This document shows positions 41,981-51,493 of a stretch of DNA of 64,000 nucleotides, piece after piece. The DNA is from Rhodospirillales bacterium (GTDB taxonomy: Bacteria > Pseudomonadota > Alphaproteobacteria > Rhodospirillales > UBA2165), in assembly GCA_028345065.1 (NCBI GenBank), contig JAOMCN010000001.1:21605-85604 (forward strand), read 5' to 3'. The translations under genes and the position numbers were made by a program. Position 1 is the first letter of the stretch; the number at the start of each line of letters is the position of its first letter. Below the pieces are notes generated by a model. It saw only the letters and a list, made by a program, of their open reading frames with translations, did no database searches and was not told the DNA's origin.

Positions 41981-43102
41981 TTATATAAATAGGTTCAGGA
42001 CGCTCGTATAAGTGTAGAGGCGGCTATTCGAGATTTCTCCATTGGCGAACATACCAACGATTGGAATGTCGCCGATGATGTCTCGAATCAGGTTTATTTC
42101 AGCGTTTTGGTTTCCAAACATGTTAGGCCCCCGAGCAATACAAGAGATATAAATTCCGCCCTTAACATTGTTACCTGCCCTTCTCTTCAGGCTCGAGATA
42201 GAATTCTGCAAATCAAGGCGCGCGGCGTCCGCATCGCGGCGCACAAACATCACCACATCTCCGTCATTTACCGGTGCCCCGATTGCGACAATCCCCTGGC
42301 CCTCGTCAACGCCCATAAGATTACGAACCAAGTAGTCACCTGTATCCGATCCTGTTACCGGAAGAGCGGCGTGAATGTGGCCTGCCATATTTTGGGCGTT
42401 CCCCGACGACGTGACGCCAGCCTCCTCAAGCAGTACATCAAGGGCTCGACGCCCATCTAATTCTTTGATCAAATTTCCGTCGCATTTGTCAATTCGGTGA
42501 GTTTTGCCGATAGGCAGGCAGCCTTGGCTGAGAGAAGTTACAATCTTTATATGTGGTGAAAACACAACACCGGAAATGCCGCCACCTGTAACAGAGCCGC
42601 ATACATGATGGGCGTTCTTCTGACTAGCCGTAAGACCACCAACGACAAATGCTTCTCTGGTATCGGTCAAGCCTTCAACCAGATTGAGAATTTGAGGGTT
42701 AGCAGAATCGGCGTGAGCCAGGATGAAGGGCAACCCCTCGGGAAAATCGTTTGTTGCAATTTCGACTGTCTGTCCGTTGTTGTCATTTGTTACGGTGTCT
42801 GAAAATAAAGCGAAACTTCCATTTGGTAGTTGCGCCGTCATTGTAGCAATGGCGGGTTCGTCGAAGTATTCGCCCCCATTTGATTGGTTGTTTGTGCAAA
42901 TTCCCATACCAACACTACCCACCCAATGCTCAATACCAGTTAATTGGCGAAAGGCATCGAGGACCTGTTCAAGATGACTAGAAAGAGGTTCGGTAATATA
43001 CAGAAACCCGAAATTGTCGAGTTTGTCACCGGAGATCTGTTTCACACAGGATTGAACGGCGGTTTCCCAATTTGAGTTTTTTGCGTGAGCTGATTTGAAC
43101 AT
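41981..43102 (-). CDS. FIST-domain signalling protein
   Basis: It has a FIST_N/FIST_C-like organisation. Its start ATG overlaps the stop of the upstream esterase gene (TAATG). Confidence 0.6.
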   Translation of the reverse strand: MFKSAHAKNSNWETAVQSCVKQISGDKLDNFGFLYITEPLSSHLEQVLDAFRQLTGIEHWVGSVGMGICTNNQSNGGEYFDEPAIATMTAQLPNGSFALFSDTVTNDNNGQTVEIATNDFPEGLPFILAHADSANPQILNLVEGLTDTREAFVVGGLTASQKNAHHVCGSVTGGGISGVVFSPHIKIVTSLSQGCLPIGKTHRIDKCDGNLIKELDGRRALDVLLEEAGVTSSGNAQNMAGHIHAALPVTGSDTGDYLVRNLMGVDEGQGIVAIGAPVNDGDVVMFVRRDADAARLDLQNSISSLKRRAGNNVKGGIYISCIARGPNMFGNQNAEINLIRDIIGDIPIVGMFANGEISNSRLYTYTSVLNLFI

Positions 43103-43794
43103 TAATTTTGGTTACTTTCTCTATGATCAACAGTATCGATCAGGGATTTAACAATTGGCAGAATGCGGCGGACGATCTCATCTACGCCCTTAGGGTTGGG
43201 GTGAATGCCGTCCGCCTGATTAAGATGGGGGTAGTTGGCGACACCTTCCAGAAAAAATTTATAGAAAGCGACGGCATGGGTTTTTGCAAGTTCGGGAAAA
43301 ATTTGACCAAACTCCCGGCTATATTCTTTGCCGAGGTTGGGGGGCGCCAACATCCCTGTTAAAAGGACCTTAATCCTTCGTTTTTTCAGATCATTTAAAA
43401 CGGCATTTAAGTTTGCTTTTGTTTCCGATGGATCCAAACCGCGTAGGCCATCGTTTGCTCCCAATTCTATAATAACCAATTGAGGGTTGTCCGTTAGCGC
43501 CCATGAAAGGCGAGATCGGCCGCCGGCAGAGGTGTCACCTGAAACACCGGCGTTTATAATCTGGACTGAGTGGCCGCTTAACTTGAGGGCGGCCGCCAAT
43601 TTGAAGGGAAAGGCATCTTGCTTTTTTAATCCGTATCCTGCGGTAAGACTATCCCCAAGTACCACAACTTTGATCCGGTCCGCCGAATAAACCGTATCTC
43701 CGGTAAACACAACAATCTGAACAAGCAACACCACCGAGAGCCAGAAAGGTGTGGCAGTCTTTTTAAGATAGTATTTGTTTAATACCATTTTCAT
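43102..43794 (-). CDS. SGNH/GDSL arylesterase (TesA-like)
   Basis: It has a signal peptide plus GDSLTAGYG, GANDGLRG and DGIHPN blocks. The gene is divergent from the ybbA/ybbP-like ABC genes. Confidence 0.85.
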   Translation of the reverse strand: MKMVLNKYYLKKTATPFWLSVVLLVQIVVFTGDTVYSADRIKVVVLGDSLTAGYGLKKQDAFPFKLAAALKLSGHSVQIINAGVSGDTSAGGRSRLSWALTDNPQLVIIELGANDGLRGLDPSETKANLNAVLNDLKKRRIKVLLTGMLAPPNLGKEYSREFGQIFPELAKTHAVAFYKFFLEGVANYPHLNQADGIHPNPKGVDEIVRRILPIVKSLIDTVDHRESNQN

Positions 43795-43838
43795 ATTTTC
43801 TTTTTGTTCCGGATCTATTAGTAAATCATCTTTCTAGG

Positions 43839-44576
43839 TTGTATCCCATGATAACAAAGCTTTCTGACGATCTCTCTGCAATGAGCCTCGATGGCGTTCA
43901 CCTTACGCTGACAAGTGAAGCCGGTGACGTCAATATCTTACGTGGTGTTGATTTATCAGTAACATCGGGAGAGGCAGTTGGCATAGTTGGCCCTTCCGGC
44001 GGTGGTAAATCTACAATGATGATGGTAATTGCCGGGCTTGAACGCGCTTCATCTGGAACAGTGAAAACGGCTGGAATAGACTTGGCTCGTCTTACCGAAG
44101 ACGAGTTAGCGCTGTTTCGGCGTGATAATATCGGGATTGTCTTTCAGGATTTTCATCTTTTTCCGACCATGACGGCATTAGAAAATGTAGCGATGCCGTT
44201 GGAATTAGCTGAGAGCCCAGATGTGCGTAACAATGCTTTTGATCGTGCAAAGGAGCAGCTGTTTTCCGTTGGTCTCGGTGATCGCATTTTGCATTATCCA
44301 AGTCAACTTTCGGGAGGAGAGCAGCAACGGGTGGCCGTTGCCCGGGCATTTGTCTCAAGCCCTAAAATTCTTCTGGCGGATGAACCAACCGGAAATTTGG
44401 ACGGTGAAACTGGAAAAATCATTGTTGATCTTCTTTTCGACCTGCACGAGCGGGTTGGCACGACTATGTTGCTCATCAGTCATGATCAGACACTGGCGAC
44501 CCGCTGTGACAGGGTGGTGACATTGGCAGATGGGCGGATCGTCGATGAACACCTTGGCGAAGGACCAGGGGGTTAA
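43839..44576 (+). CDS. ABC transporter ATP-binding protein (YbbA/LolD-like)
   Basis: It has Walker A GPSGGGKST, the signature LSGGEQQRVAVARA and Walker B ILLADEPT. Confidence 0.9.
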   Translation: MYPMITKLSDDLSAMSLDGVHLTLTSEAGDVNILRGVDLSVTSGEAVGIVGPSGGGKSTMMMVIAGLERASSGTVKTAGIDLARLTEDELALFRRDNIGIVFQDFHLFPTMTALENVAMPLELAESPDVRNNAFDRAKEQLFSVGLGDRILHYPSQLSGGEQQRVAVARAFVSSPKILLADEPTGNLDGETGKIIVDLLFDLHERVGTTMLLISHDQTLATRCDRVVTLADGRIVDEHLGEGPGG

Positions 44577-47107
44577 TGGAGATGAGTTACCGTTTTAAAC
44601 TCGCATTTAAACTGGCGTTAAGAGAGATGCGAACCGGTTTAAAGGGGTTTCGGATTTTTATTGCCTGCCTGGCTTTGGGTGTTACGGCAATAGGGGGAGT
44701 TGGCAGCCTCAGTGAGGCAATTAAAGGAGGGCTGGGAAAAGATGCAAGACGCCTTCTTGGCGGCGATGTAGCCCTACGTCTTACTCATATGCCGGCTACC
44801 TCTAAACAAAAAATCTACCTAGCTAAAAGCGGCATTCTTTCAGAAGTTGTTGAAATGCGAGCAATGGCGCATACAGTCGCGAAAAAAAAACGCACACTAG
44901 TTGAGTTAAAAGGCGTTGATAAGCTGTATCCTTTGGTTGGGAAAATTGAGATTGGCGGCGACAAATCACTCAAAGAGGCACTTTCCAGGCAAGACGGTGT
45001 TTGGGGGGCTATAGTAGAAAGGGGTGTTTTCCCAAAGCTCGGTCTGGAATTAGGAGACCACCTGAGAGTTGGTGAGGCGGAGTTTGCTATCACCGGAATT
45101 ATATTGAAAGAACCAGACAGGATTGCCAACCTCTGGAGCCTCGGACCGAGAATTATGGTTTCATCTGCCTCGTTGGCAGAGACAGAGTTGATCCAGCCGG
45201 GGAGCCAAATCAGGTTTCATTATCGAGTGTTATTACGTGATACTGGACGGATTGGTGATTGGATTGAGGGGCTCAAGCTGGAATTCCCTTCGGCCGGTTG
45301 GCGTATTCGCTCCCTTGAGCAGGCTACACCCGGGTTAAAACGTTTCATCGACTACATTACACTTTTCCTCACATTTGTGGGATTGACGACACTCCTCGTC
45401 GGTGGCATTGGCGTAAGTAACGCGGTTGGGAGTTACCTTGAAGGCAAAGTTGGCGCCATCGCTATCTCTAAGTGTCTGGGTGCTTCAGGCAACCTCATTT
45501 TCTTTACTTACTTTATGCAGCTGTTCATTTTGGCGGGTATAGGTATTGTGATAGGGACGTGTGCTGGGGCGCTGTTACCTGCGGTTGGGGCGTGGGTTTT
45601 CAATGACATGTTGCCCGTAAAAATTCTTATCGGTTTTTTTCCACTACAATTATTGATGGCGGCACTTTTCGGAATACTGATAACATTCACATTCGCAATT
45701 TGGCCAGTCGCCCGGGCTCGCGCTATCCCGGCTGCGAGTTTATTTAGAGACAAGGTTGCGCCGAGCAACGTAAAACCGGAAAAAGTTTATATTTTATACA
45801 CGATCTTTGGGGCCGTCGCTTTATCGGCAATGACAATTTTATTTTCAGTTGATAGGCGATTTTCCATGTGGTTTGTGATCGGTGCGGTTGGGTCGCTGTT
45901 GTTATTAAGCTTTTGTGCGATGTTTTTGAAATGGGGTGCAAAACGTTTAAAAAAACAAAGGTCCACAAAACTAAGCCTGGCATTAAATAATCTTCACAGA
46001 CCCGGAGCCTCGACGAATAGCGTAGTCCTTTCCCTCGGGCTTGGGCTCGCCGTATTGGTGGCGATCGCCTTGATAGAGAGTAACTTAACCCGCCAAGTTG
46101 ATGATCAGTTGCCAGATATGGCACCAGCCTTCTTTTTTATTGATATTCAACCTAATCAGGTGGCTTCTTTCGACAAAGTCGTGGGTGAATTCAAAGGGGT
46201 TACCAAACACCGAAGGGTACCGAGCCTTAGGGGGCGTATCGTCAAAATTGCCGGTAAAACGGTAGGGGAGGTTAAAATTGCACCAGGAGCTAAGTGGGCA
46301 GTTCGAGGTGATAGGGCTCTGACGTATACGGCAACTCCTTCGGACGGGACAAAAATTGTCGCCGGTAAGTGGTGGCCCCCAGACTATACTGGAAAACCCC
46401 TGATTTCCCTGGATGCAAACTTAGCTAATGGCTTTGGTGTTGGTATTGGGGATACGCTAACGCTCAATATTCTCGGTAAGGAATTAGAGGCTAAAATTAC
46501 CAGTTTACGGGAAATTGATTGGCGTTCTCTGAGATTTGATTTTGCCATTGTTTTCGCGCCCGGTACTTTGGAAAGAGCTCCTCACAGTTACATTGCCGCG
46601 ATCCAAGTACCAGAACGATTAGAAGCCAAGATTGAAAGAACAGTAGGTGATAATTTCAAGAATGTCTCTATAATCCGTGTTCGCGAGGCTCTGAAATCTG
46701 CGGCCAATATATTGGCCGGAATAGGCGACGCGGTGCGGGGTATCTCTATCGTTACCATTCTCAGCGGGGTGTTGGTTTTGGCTGGAGCCATCGCAGCGGG
46801 ACGCAAGCGAAGAGTTTATGATGCAGTCGTGTTAAAAGTTCTTGGGGCTACTCGAACAGTGGTTTTGCAGGCTTTTTTGTTGGAATACTGCATATTAGGT
46901 GCAGCTACAGGCCTGACCGCTGCGGTAATCGGGACGGTTGCCGCCTGGGGAGTGGCGAGTTTACTGATGGGGATCCCGTGGTATTTTGAGTTTTTACCTG
47001 TTCTGGGAACTATCCTTTTGTGTATATTTGTTACGTTGGTAGCTGGGTTTTATGGCACCTGGCGGGCTATGGGCCAAAAGGTTTCTCCATTACTCAGGAA
47101 TGAGTAA
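44576..47107 (+). CDS. ABC transporter permease with duplicated FtsX-like domains (YbbP-like)
   Basis: The 843-aa protein has two FtsX/MacB-type 4-TM modules and is start/stop coupled to the ATPase gene. Confidence 0.85.
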   Translation: MEMSYRFKLAFKLALREMRTGLKGFRIFIACLALGVTAIGGVGSLSEAIKGGLGKDARRLLGGDVALRLTHMPATSKQKIYLAKSGILSEVVEMRAMAHTVAKKKRTLVELKGVDKLYPLVGKIEIGGDKSLKEALSRQDGVWGAIVERGVFPKLGLELGDHLRVGEAEFAITGIILKEPDRIANLWSLGPRIMVSSASLAETELIQPGSQIRFHYRVLLRDTGRIGDWIEGLKLEFPSAGWRIRSLEQATPGLKRFIDYITLFLTFVGLTTLLVGGIGVSNAVGSYLEGKVGAIAISKCLGASGNLIFFTYFMQLFILAGIGIVIGTCAGALLPAVGAWVFNDMLPVKILIGFFPLQLLMAALFGILITFTFAIWPVARARAIPAASLFRDKVAPSNVKPEKVYILYTIFGAVALSAMTILFSVDRRFSMWFVIGAVGSLLLLSFCAMFLKWGAKRLKKQRSTKLSLALNNLHRPGASTNSVVLSLGLGLAVLVAIALIESNLTRQVDDQLPDMAPAFFFIDIQPNQVASFDKVVGEFKGVTKHRRVPSLRGRIVKIAGKTVGEVKIAPGAKWAVRGDRALTYTATPSDGTKIVAGKWWPPDYTGKPLISLDANLANGFGVGIGDTLTLNILGKELEAKITSLREIDWRSLRFDFAIVFAPGTLERAPHSYIAAIQVPERLEAKIERTVGDNFKNVSIIRVREALKSAANILAGIGDAVRGISIVTILSGVLVLAGAIAAGRKRRVYDAVVLKVLGATRTVVLQAFLLEYCILGAATGLTAAVIGTVAAWGVASLLMGIPWYFEFLPVLGTILLCIFVTLVAGFYGTWRAMGQKVSPLLRNE

Positions 47108-47248
47108 AAACCATAGTAGTAATTAGGGGATAGGTGCCTTTGACCGTTTTACTTGATATAAACCACATAAATGCCATATAGATAAGTACAACAAGTCATG
47201 AAGGTTTAATGGCTTTTGACATAGTTTTTTTTAGGTTAATTGGAGTGA

Positions 47249-47965
47249 ATGAATATGTCTGACGATTCGAGGTTTATGACCCAGGCACAAGCCGGCGTTG
47301 CGGATGTCGATGCAGGTTTGAGAGAATACATGCTTCGCGTATACAATTATATGGCTTCGGGTGTGGCACTGACAGGAATTGTTTCATCTCTTGTGTCGAA
47401 CAGTCCCCAACTCATGCAAGCTATTTTTGGGGGTCCGCTCAAGTGGGTATTTTTCCTTGGTATTCTCGGCTTGGGCTTCATGGCGCCCCGAATAATCATG
47501 TCGAAGAGCATTATAGCGGCTCAAAGTGCCTTCTGGGTTTATGCCGGAATGTTTGGCGCTCTGATGGCGCCGTATTTTATCGTTTACACCAGCACCAGCA
47601 TCGTGCGTGTCTTTTTCATTACGGCGGCGGCGTTCGCCGGCCTGAGCTGTTTTGGCTATGTAACGAAGAAAAGTTTAAGCGGAATGGGAGCCTTTATGGT
47701 GATGGGTACCTGGGGTCTGTTGATAGCCATTGTAGTTAATATATTCCTGCAATCGCCGGTGCTACAGATGACTTATTCAGCCATCGGAGTGCTCATTTTC
47801 TCCGGCCTGACTGCTTATTCGACTCAGCAAATCAAGCACATGTATTATGAAGGGGATGGTAGAGATACCACTACAAGGAAAGCTATAATGGGAGCTTTGG
47901 AGCTCTATGGCTCTTTTGTAATGATCTTTATTTTTCTACTTAATTTGCTTGGTAACCGTGAATAA
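47249..47965 (+). CDS. Bax inhibitor-1/YccA family membrane protein
   Basis: It has 7 TM helices, the N-terminal LREYMLRVYNYM motif and a BI-1 family C-terminus. Confidence 0.88.
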   Translation: MNMSDDSRFMTQAQAGVADVDAGLREYMLRVYNYMASGVALTGIVSSLVSNSPQLMQAIFGGPLKWVFFLGILGLGFMAPRIIMSKSIIAAQSAFWVYAGMFGALMAPYFIVYTSTSIVRVFFITAAAFAGLSCFGYVTKKSLSGMGAFMVMGTWGLLIAIVVNIFLQSPVLQMTYSAIGVLIFSGLTAYSTQQIKHMYYEGDGRDTTTRKAIMGALELYGSFVMIFIFLLNLLGNRE

Positions 47966-47987
47966 TTAATTATTTACAATTAGTCAT

Positions 47988-48020
47988 AAAAAGGGGAGCG
48001 GTTTAACCGCTCCCCTTTTT
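47988..48020. terminator. bidirectional intrinsic terminator
   Basis: AAAAA-GGGGAGCGG-TTTAA-CCGCTCCCC-TTTTT. The stem is nearly identical to the terminator at 9255..9282. Confidence 0.8.
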
Positions 48021-48040
48021 ATTGTTGTTCCCCAATAAAT

Positions 48041-48184
48041 TTATCTACAGAGAAGTTGCGTCGCTTCTTTGAGCTCTTTCCAGTTGTCTGGCAAAACCAG
48101 TTTTTTGGTCAACTGATGTCTATGTTGTAATTTATCCTTAAACAAAATGATTTCTTGTGTTGGTGACGGTAGGTGTGGAAACAT
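48041..48184 (-). CDS. 47-aa ORF resembling the C-terminal tail of the J-domain protein at 9304..9945 (possible decayed paralog)
   Basis: It is not in the ORF track because it is shorter than 60 aa. My hand translation is MFPHLPSPTQEIILFKDKLQHRHQLTKKLVLPDNWKELKEATQLLCR. It ends ...QLLCR versus ...QLLCK, and has LPD in place of HPD. Confidence 0.25.
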   Translation of the reverse strand: MFPHLPSPTQEIILFKDKLQHRHQLTKKLVLPDNWKELKEATQLLCR

Positions 48185-48256
48185 ATGGTCCTTAATTAAT
48201 CCATGTTGTTATTTTCCAGAAGATATTAAAAAATAAAAAAAAGGGAGGAAGATTAT

Positions 48257-49339
48257 ATGTTTCGAAATAAAAGTTTATTGGGAGCCATTGTGGGCATTGG
48301 TATTGTTGCGATGCCTTACCAGTCAGCGTTATCACAGTTCTATAAAGGTAAAACCATTAGCGTTGTTGTGCCTTCCGGTGCCGGCGGCGGCCTCACACGT
48401 TCTGCACGGTTGTTCATGAAGTTTATGTCAGGTCATATAGCCGGTTCTCCAAAAATGGTTATCAAGAATATTCCTGGAGGTGTGAAAGGCCATAACTTCA
48501 TTGCGGAAAAAGCCAGACCCGACGGAAAGACGATATTATGGGGACCAATGTTTTTTGCGGGCGTGTTAACGGGTGCTCCAGGTTATCGCTACGATCCGGA
48601 GAAATTTGGCATAATCGGCGCCGGTAATAGCTCTTTTGTAACAATTATCCGGAAGGATACCCCACCTTCTATTAACAGTCCCAGGGATCTGACTAAAATA
48701 ACAAAAAAGGTAGTTACGGGAGGCATTCGTCCGGGTGGTATTCTGGACATGTTTCAACTCTTGTCGTTTGATGCCCTCGGGATTCCCTATCGACATGTTA
48801 CGGGTTACCGCGGTATGCCCAAGATGAACGCCGCAATAAGGGCAAAGGAAATACAGGCTCTAACGGTCGGGCATCCTGGTTATCATGCATTTTATCGCAA
48901 TACGATTCTGAAAGACGGGACAGCCATTCCGCTCTTCTATCACTCACCTTTTGATCCTAAAACGGGAGAACCAGTGAGGCTTCCGGGAAGATATCCGGCG
49001 AACATCAAACATTTTGTAGATGCCTATAAGGATATAAAAGGCGCGGCACCATCTGGAGCCGCCTGGGACGCCTATAAATGGTTTGCCAGCTTCGAGACGT
49101 GGTCCTATTTCGTAGTGGCACCCCCTGGGACACCGAAAGAGGCAATTGCGGCGCTCAGAAAAGCCCATGCCAAGGTCCCGAATGATCCTGGGTTTCAAGC
49201 GGATTGGAAAAAACAGTTCCGCGATATTCCTGTTTTTCTGCCTGGGGAAAAAGCTAAGCTCGTGGCTGCGCAACATAAAAAGGTTTCGCCGGCAACACTG
49301 GCGTACTTGAAGAAAACGATCGCGCCGGCGGCAAAGTAG
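48257..49339 (+). CDS. tripartite tricarboxylate transporter substrate-binding protein (TctC/Bug-like, divergent)
   Basis: It has a signal peptide, the pattern VVVPSGAGGGLTRSARL...IKNIPGG...ARPDGKTIL, and is adjacent to a TctA-type permease gene. Confidence 0.65.
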   Translation: MFRNKSLLGAIVGIGIVAMPYQSALSQFYKGKTISVVVPSGAGGGLTRSARLFMKFMSGHIAGSPKMVIKNIPGGVKGHNFIAEKARPDGKTILWGPMFFAGVLTGAPGYRYDPEKFGIIGAGNSSFVTIIRKDTPPSINSPRDLTKITKKVVTGGIRPGGILDMFQLLSFDALGIPYRHVTGYRGMPKMNAAIRAKEIQALTVGHPGYHAFYRNTILKDGTAIPLFYHSPFDPKTGEPVRLPGRYPANIKHFVDAYKDIKGAAPSGAAWDAYKWFASFETWSYFVVAPPGTPKEAIAALRKAHAKVPNDPGFQADWKKQFRDIPVFLPGEKAKLVAAQHKKVSPATLAYLKKTIAPAAK

Positions 49340-49363
49340 AAAAACAACAGAAACGAACTAATT

Positions 49364-49391
49364 CTGGCGAACCCAACAAAGGGTTCGCCAG
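49364..49391 (+). other. intercistronic stem-loop between the binding-protein and permease genes
   Basis: CTGGCGAACCC-AACAAA-GGGTTCGCCAG forms a perfect 11-bp stem with no following T-tract. Confidence 0.6.
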
Positions 49392-49450
49392 AAATATACC
49401 GAACACTCTATTTTCCACCAACCTAAAAAATTTGATAAACGGGATTAACC

Positions 49451-51493
49451 ATGTTTGACGCGTTCGTCACCGGATTATTTCTTGTTTTTGAGTGGCCGGC
49501 CATTGGCTTTTTAATGCTCGGCGTTTTTATTGGCATGTGGCTGGGGGCCGTTCCCGGACTGGGTGGAATTATCGGGTTGGTACTTTTGTTACCTTTTACT
49601 TACGGTATGGATCCTGTCCCCGCTTTTGCCCTTTTATTGGGCATGTTTGCGGTCACAACCACCAGCGATACCATCGCCTCCGTTTTACTGGGGGTACCCG
49701 GGACGGCGGCATCCCAGGCGACTATTTTGGATGGTTTCCCGCTTGCTCAGCAGGGAAAGGCTGCGAGGGCGTTTGGAGCAGCTTTTACAGTCTCAGCATT
49801 TGGCGGGGTATTTGGAGCATTGATATTGGCCGTATCTTTGCCTTTGGTTTTACCTATCATATTGTCCTTCAACTCGCCCGAGCTATTTATGCTCGGGGTG
49901 TTGGGTCTCGCTATGGTAGGTTCGTTGAGCGGCGGTTCTATATTGAAGGGCCTCGCTGTGGCTTGCCTTGGTATTTTGATGTCCACCGTTGGATATGCCG
50001 AGACCATTGCCATTCCCCGGTTTTATTTTGGGACAGATTACCTAATAGACAAACTACCGCTAATTCCCGTGGTGTTGGGTCTATTTGCCATTCCGGAAGT
50101 AATGGAGTTGGCTATCCGTAATACTTCTATTTCCCGTATTCCCCAAGATCAGACCGACGATGGAGGGATGCTGGAGGGTATTAAAGATGCCTTTCGTCAT
50201 TGGTGGTTGGCAACACGTTGCGCAGCGATTGGTACTTACGTAGGAATGTTACCGGGTCTTGGGGCGGCTATCGTTGATTGGATAGCCTACGGACATGCCG
50301 TTCAGAGTGCGAAAGATAAGTCAAAATTTGGTCAGGGTGATATACGAGGGGTTATCGCTCCTGAAGCAGCCAACAATGCAACTAAGGGCGGTTCTCTGGT
50401 CCCTACAGTGGCCTTTGGAATTCCAGGCAGTTTAGGAACGGCAATTCTTTTAGGCGCACTTCTAATCCAGGGGCTAAAACCCGGTCCGGACATGCTCACT
50501 ACCGAACTCCACATCACCTTCAGTATGGTTTGGGCTATCGTCGTGGCTAATGTTGCCGTTGCCATCCTTCTGATGTTTTGGAGTAAACAAGTAGCAAAAG
50601 TAGCCTTTGTCCCCGGTCATCTATTGGTGCCCGGTGTTATCTTGTTTGTTTTTATGGGGGCTTGGCTTGGGGGGGCATCCCTGGGCGATTGGATCAGCTG
50701 CATCACAATGGGGATTTTAGGGTTTATCATGAAACGGGGCGGTTGGCCGAGACCACCTCTGATACTAGCTTTAATCCTGGGCTCCATAATGGAGAATGCG
50801 TTTCAGATAAGCATGGGTGCCCACGACGGCGCTCACTGGCTCTATAACCGACCGATTGTGTTAATCATATTTGCCTTGATCATAATTACTATTTTTCTCG
50901 CGGCCAAAGGTATTACGAAGAATAAGAAGGTTGCCCATAAGGAAGGAGAGGCAACAGTTTTGGGTGAAGGTTCTGAACGTAACCCAATGATTTCGTTTCC
51001 GTTTTCTATTCTTCTTTTTGTCGTGTTTATATCGGCCATTTTTGAAAGCCAGGGATGGCCGTCTTCGGTCAAAGAATTTCCAGTCACTGCGGCTATTCCC
51101 GGTGCTTGCCTCGTGTTTATTGCCATGTTCAAAGACGGCCAAGGATATCTTGCTACCTTAAAAGAACACGGATCACTTCTCGTCGCCTGGACGCATACCG
51201 CAGAAAAAGTGCTCCTGAAGAGGGCATCCGCTTTTTTTGCCTACTTGGTAGGTATGCTTCTGGTTATGTTGGTCGTAGGCCAAAAGGTTGCTCTTCCGCT
51301 TTTCATCGCTCTCTATCTTATCCGTTGGGGAAACTATAATTGGCGGGCTGCGGCTGGATACGCAGTCGGTGGCTATGTGATCTTAGTCGGTTTCTATGAC
51401 CAGATCATGCATCTCTTTTGGCATCCGGCTTGGATCCAGAGTTGGCTGCCGGATTTGCTTCCAACTTGGCTACCACCTTGGCTCCTTTTTTAA
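49451..51493 (+). CDS. tripartite tricarboxylate transporter permease TctA with a fused C-terminal TctB-like 4-TM module
   Basis: The first ~490 aa are TctA-like. The last ~190 aa add four further TM helices, and no separate tctB gene is present. Confidence 0.8.
   Translation: MFDAFVTGLFLVFEWPAIGFLMLGVFIGMWLGAVPGLGGIIGLVLLLPFTYGMDPVPAFALLLGMFAVTTTSDTIASVLLGVPGTAASQATILDGFPLAQQGKAARAFGAAFTVSAFGGVFGALILAVSLPLVLPIILSFNSPELFMLGVLGLAMVGSLSGGSILKGLAVACLGILMSTVGYAETIAIPRFYFGTDYLIDKLPLIPVVLGLFAIPEVMELAIRNTSISRIPQDQTDDGGMLEGIKDAFRHWWLATRCAAIGTYVGMLPGLGAAIVDWIAYGHAVQSAKDKSKFGQGDIRGVIAPEAANNATKGGSLVPTVAFGIPGSLGTAILLGALLIQGLKPGPDMLTTELHITFSMVWAIVVANVAVAILLMFWSKQVAKVAFVPGHLLVPGVILFVFMGAWLGGASLGDWISCITMGILGFIMKRGGWPRPPLILALILGSIMENAFQISMGAHDGAHWLYNRPIVLIIFALIIITIFLAAKGITKNKKVAHKEGEATVLGEGSERNPMISFPFSILLFVVFISAIFESQGWPSSVKEFPVTAAIPGACLVFIAMFKDGQGYLATLKEHGSLLVAWTHTAEKVLLKRASAFFAYLVGMLLVMLVVGQKVALPLFIALYLIRWGNYNWRAAAGYAVGGYVILVGFYDQIMHLFWHPAWIQSWLPDLLPTWLPPWLLF

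Noticed and set aside
49492-50121. A 209-aa alternative-frame ORF inside the TctA permease gene.
   Set aside because: It is on the same strand but out of frame with a strongly supported permease. Its Gly/Arg/Trp-rich composition is not protein-like.
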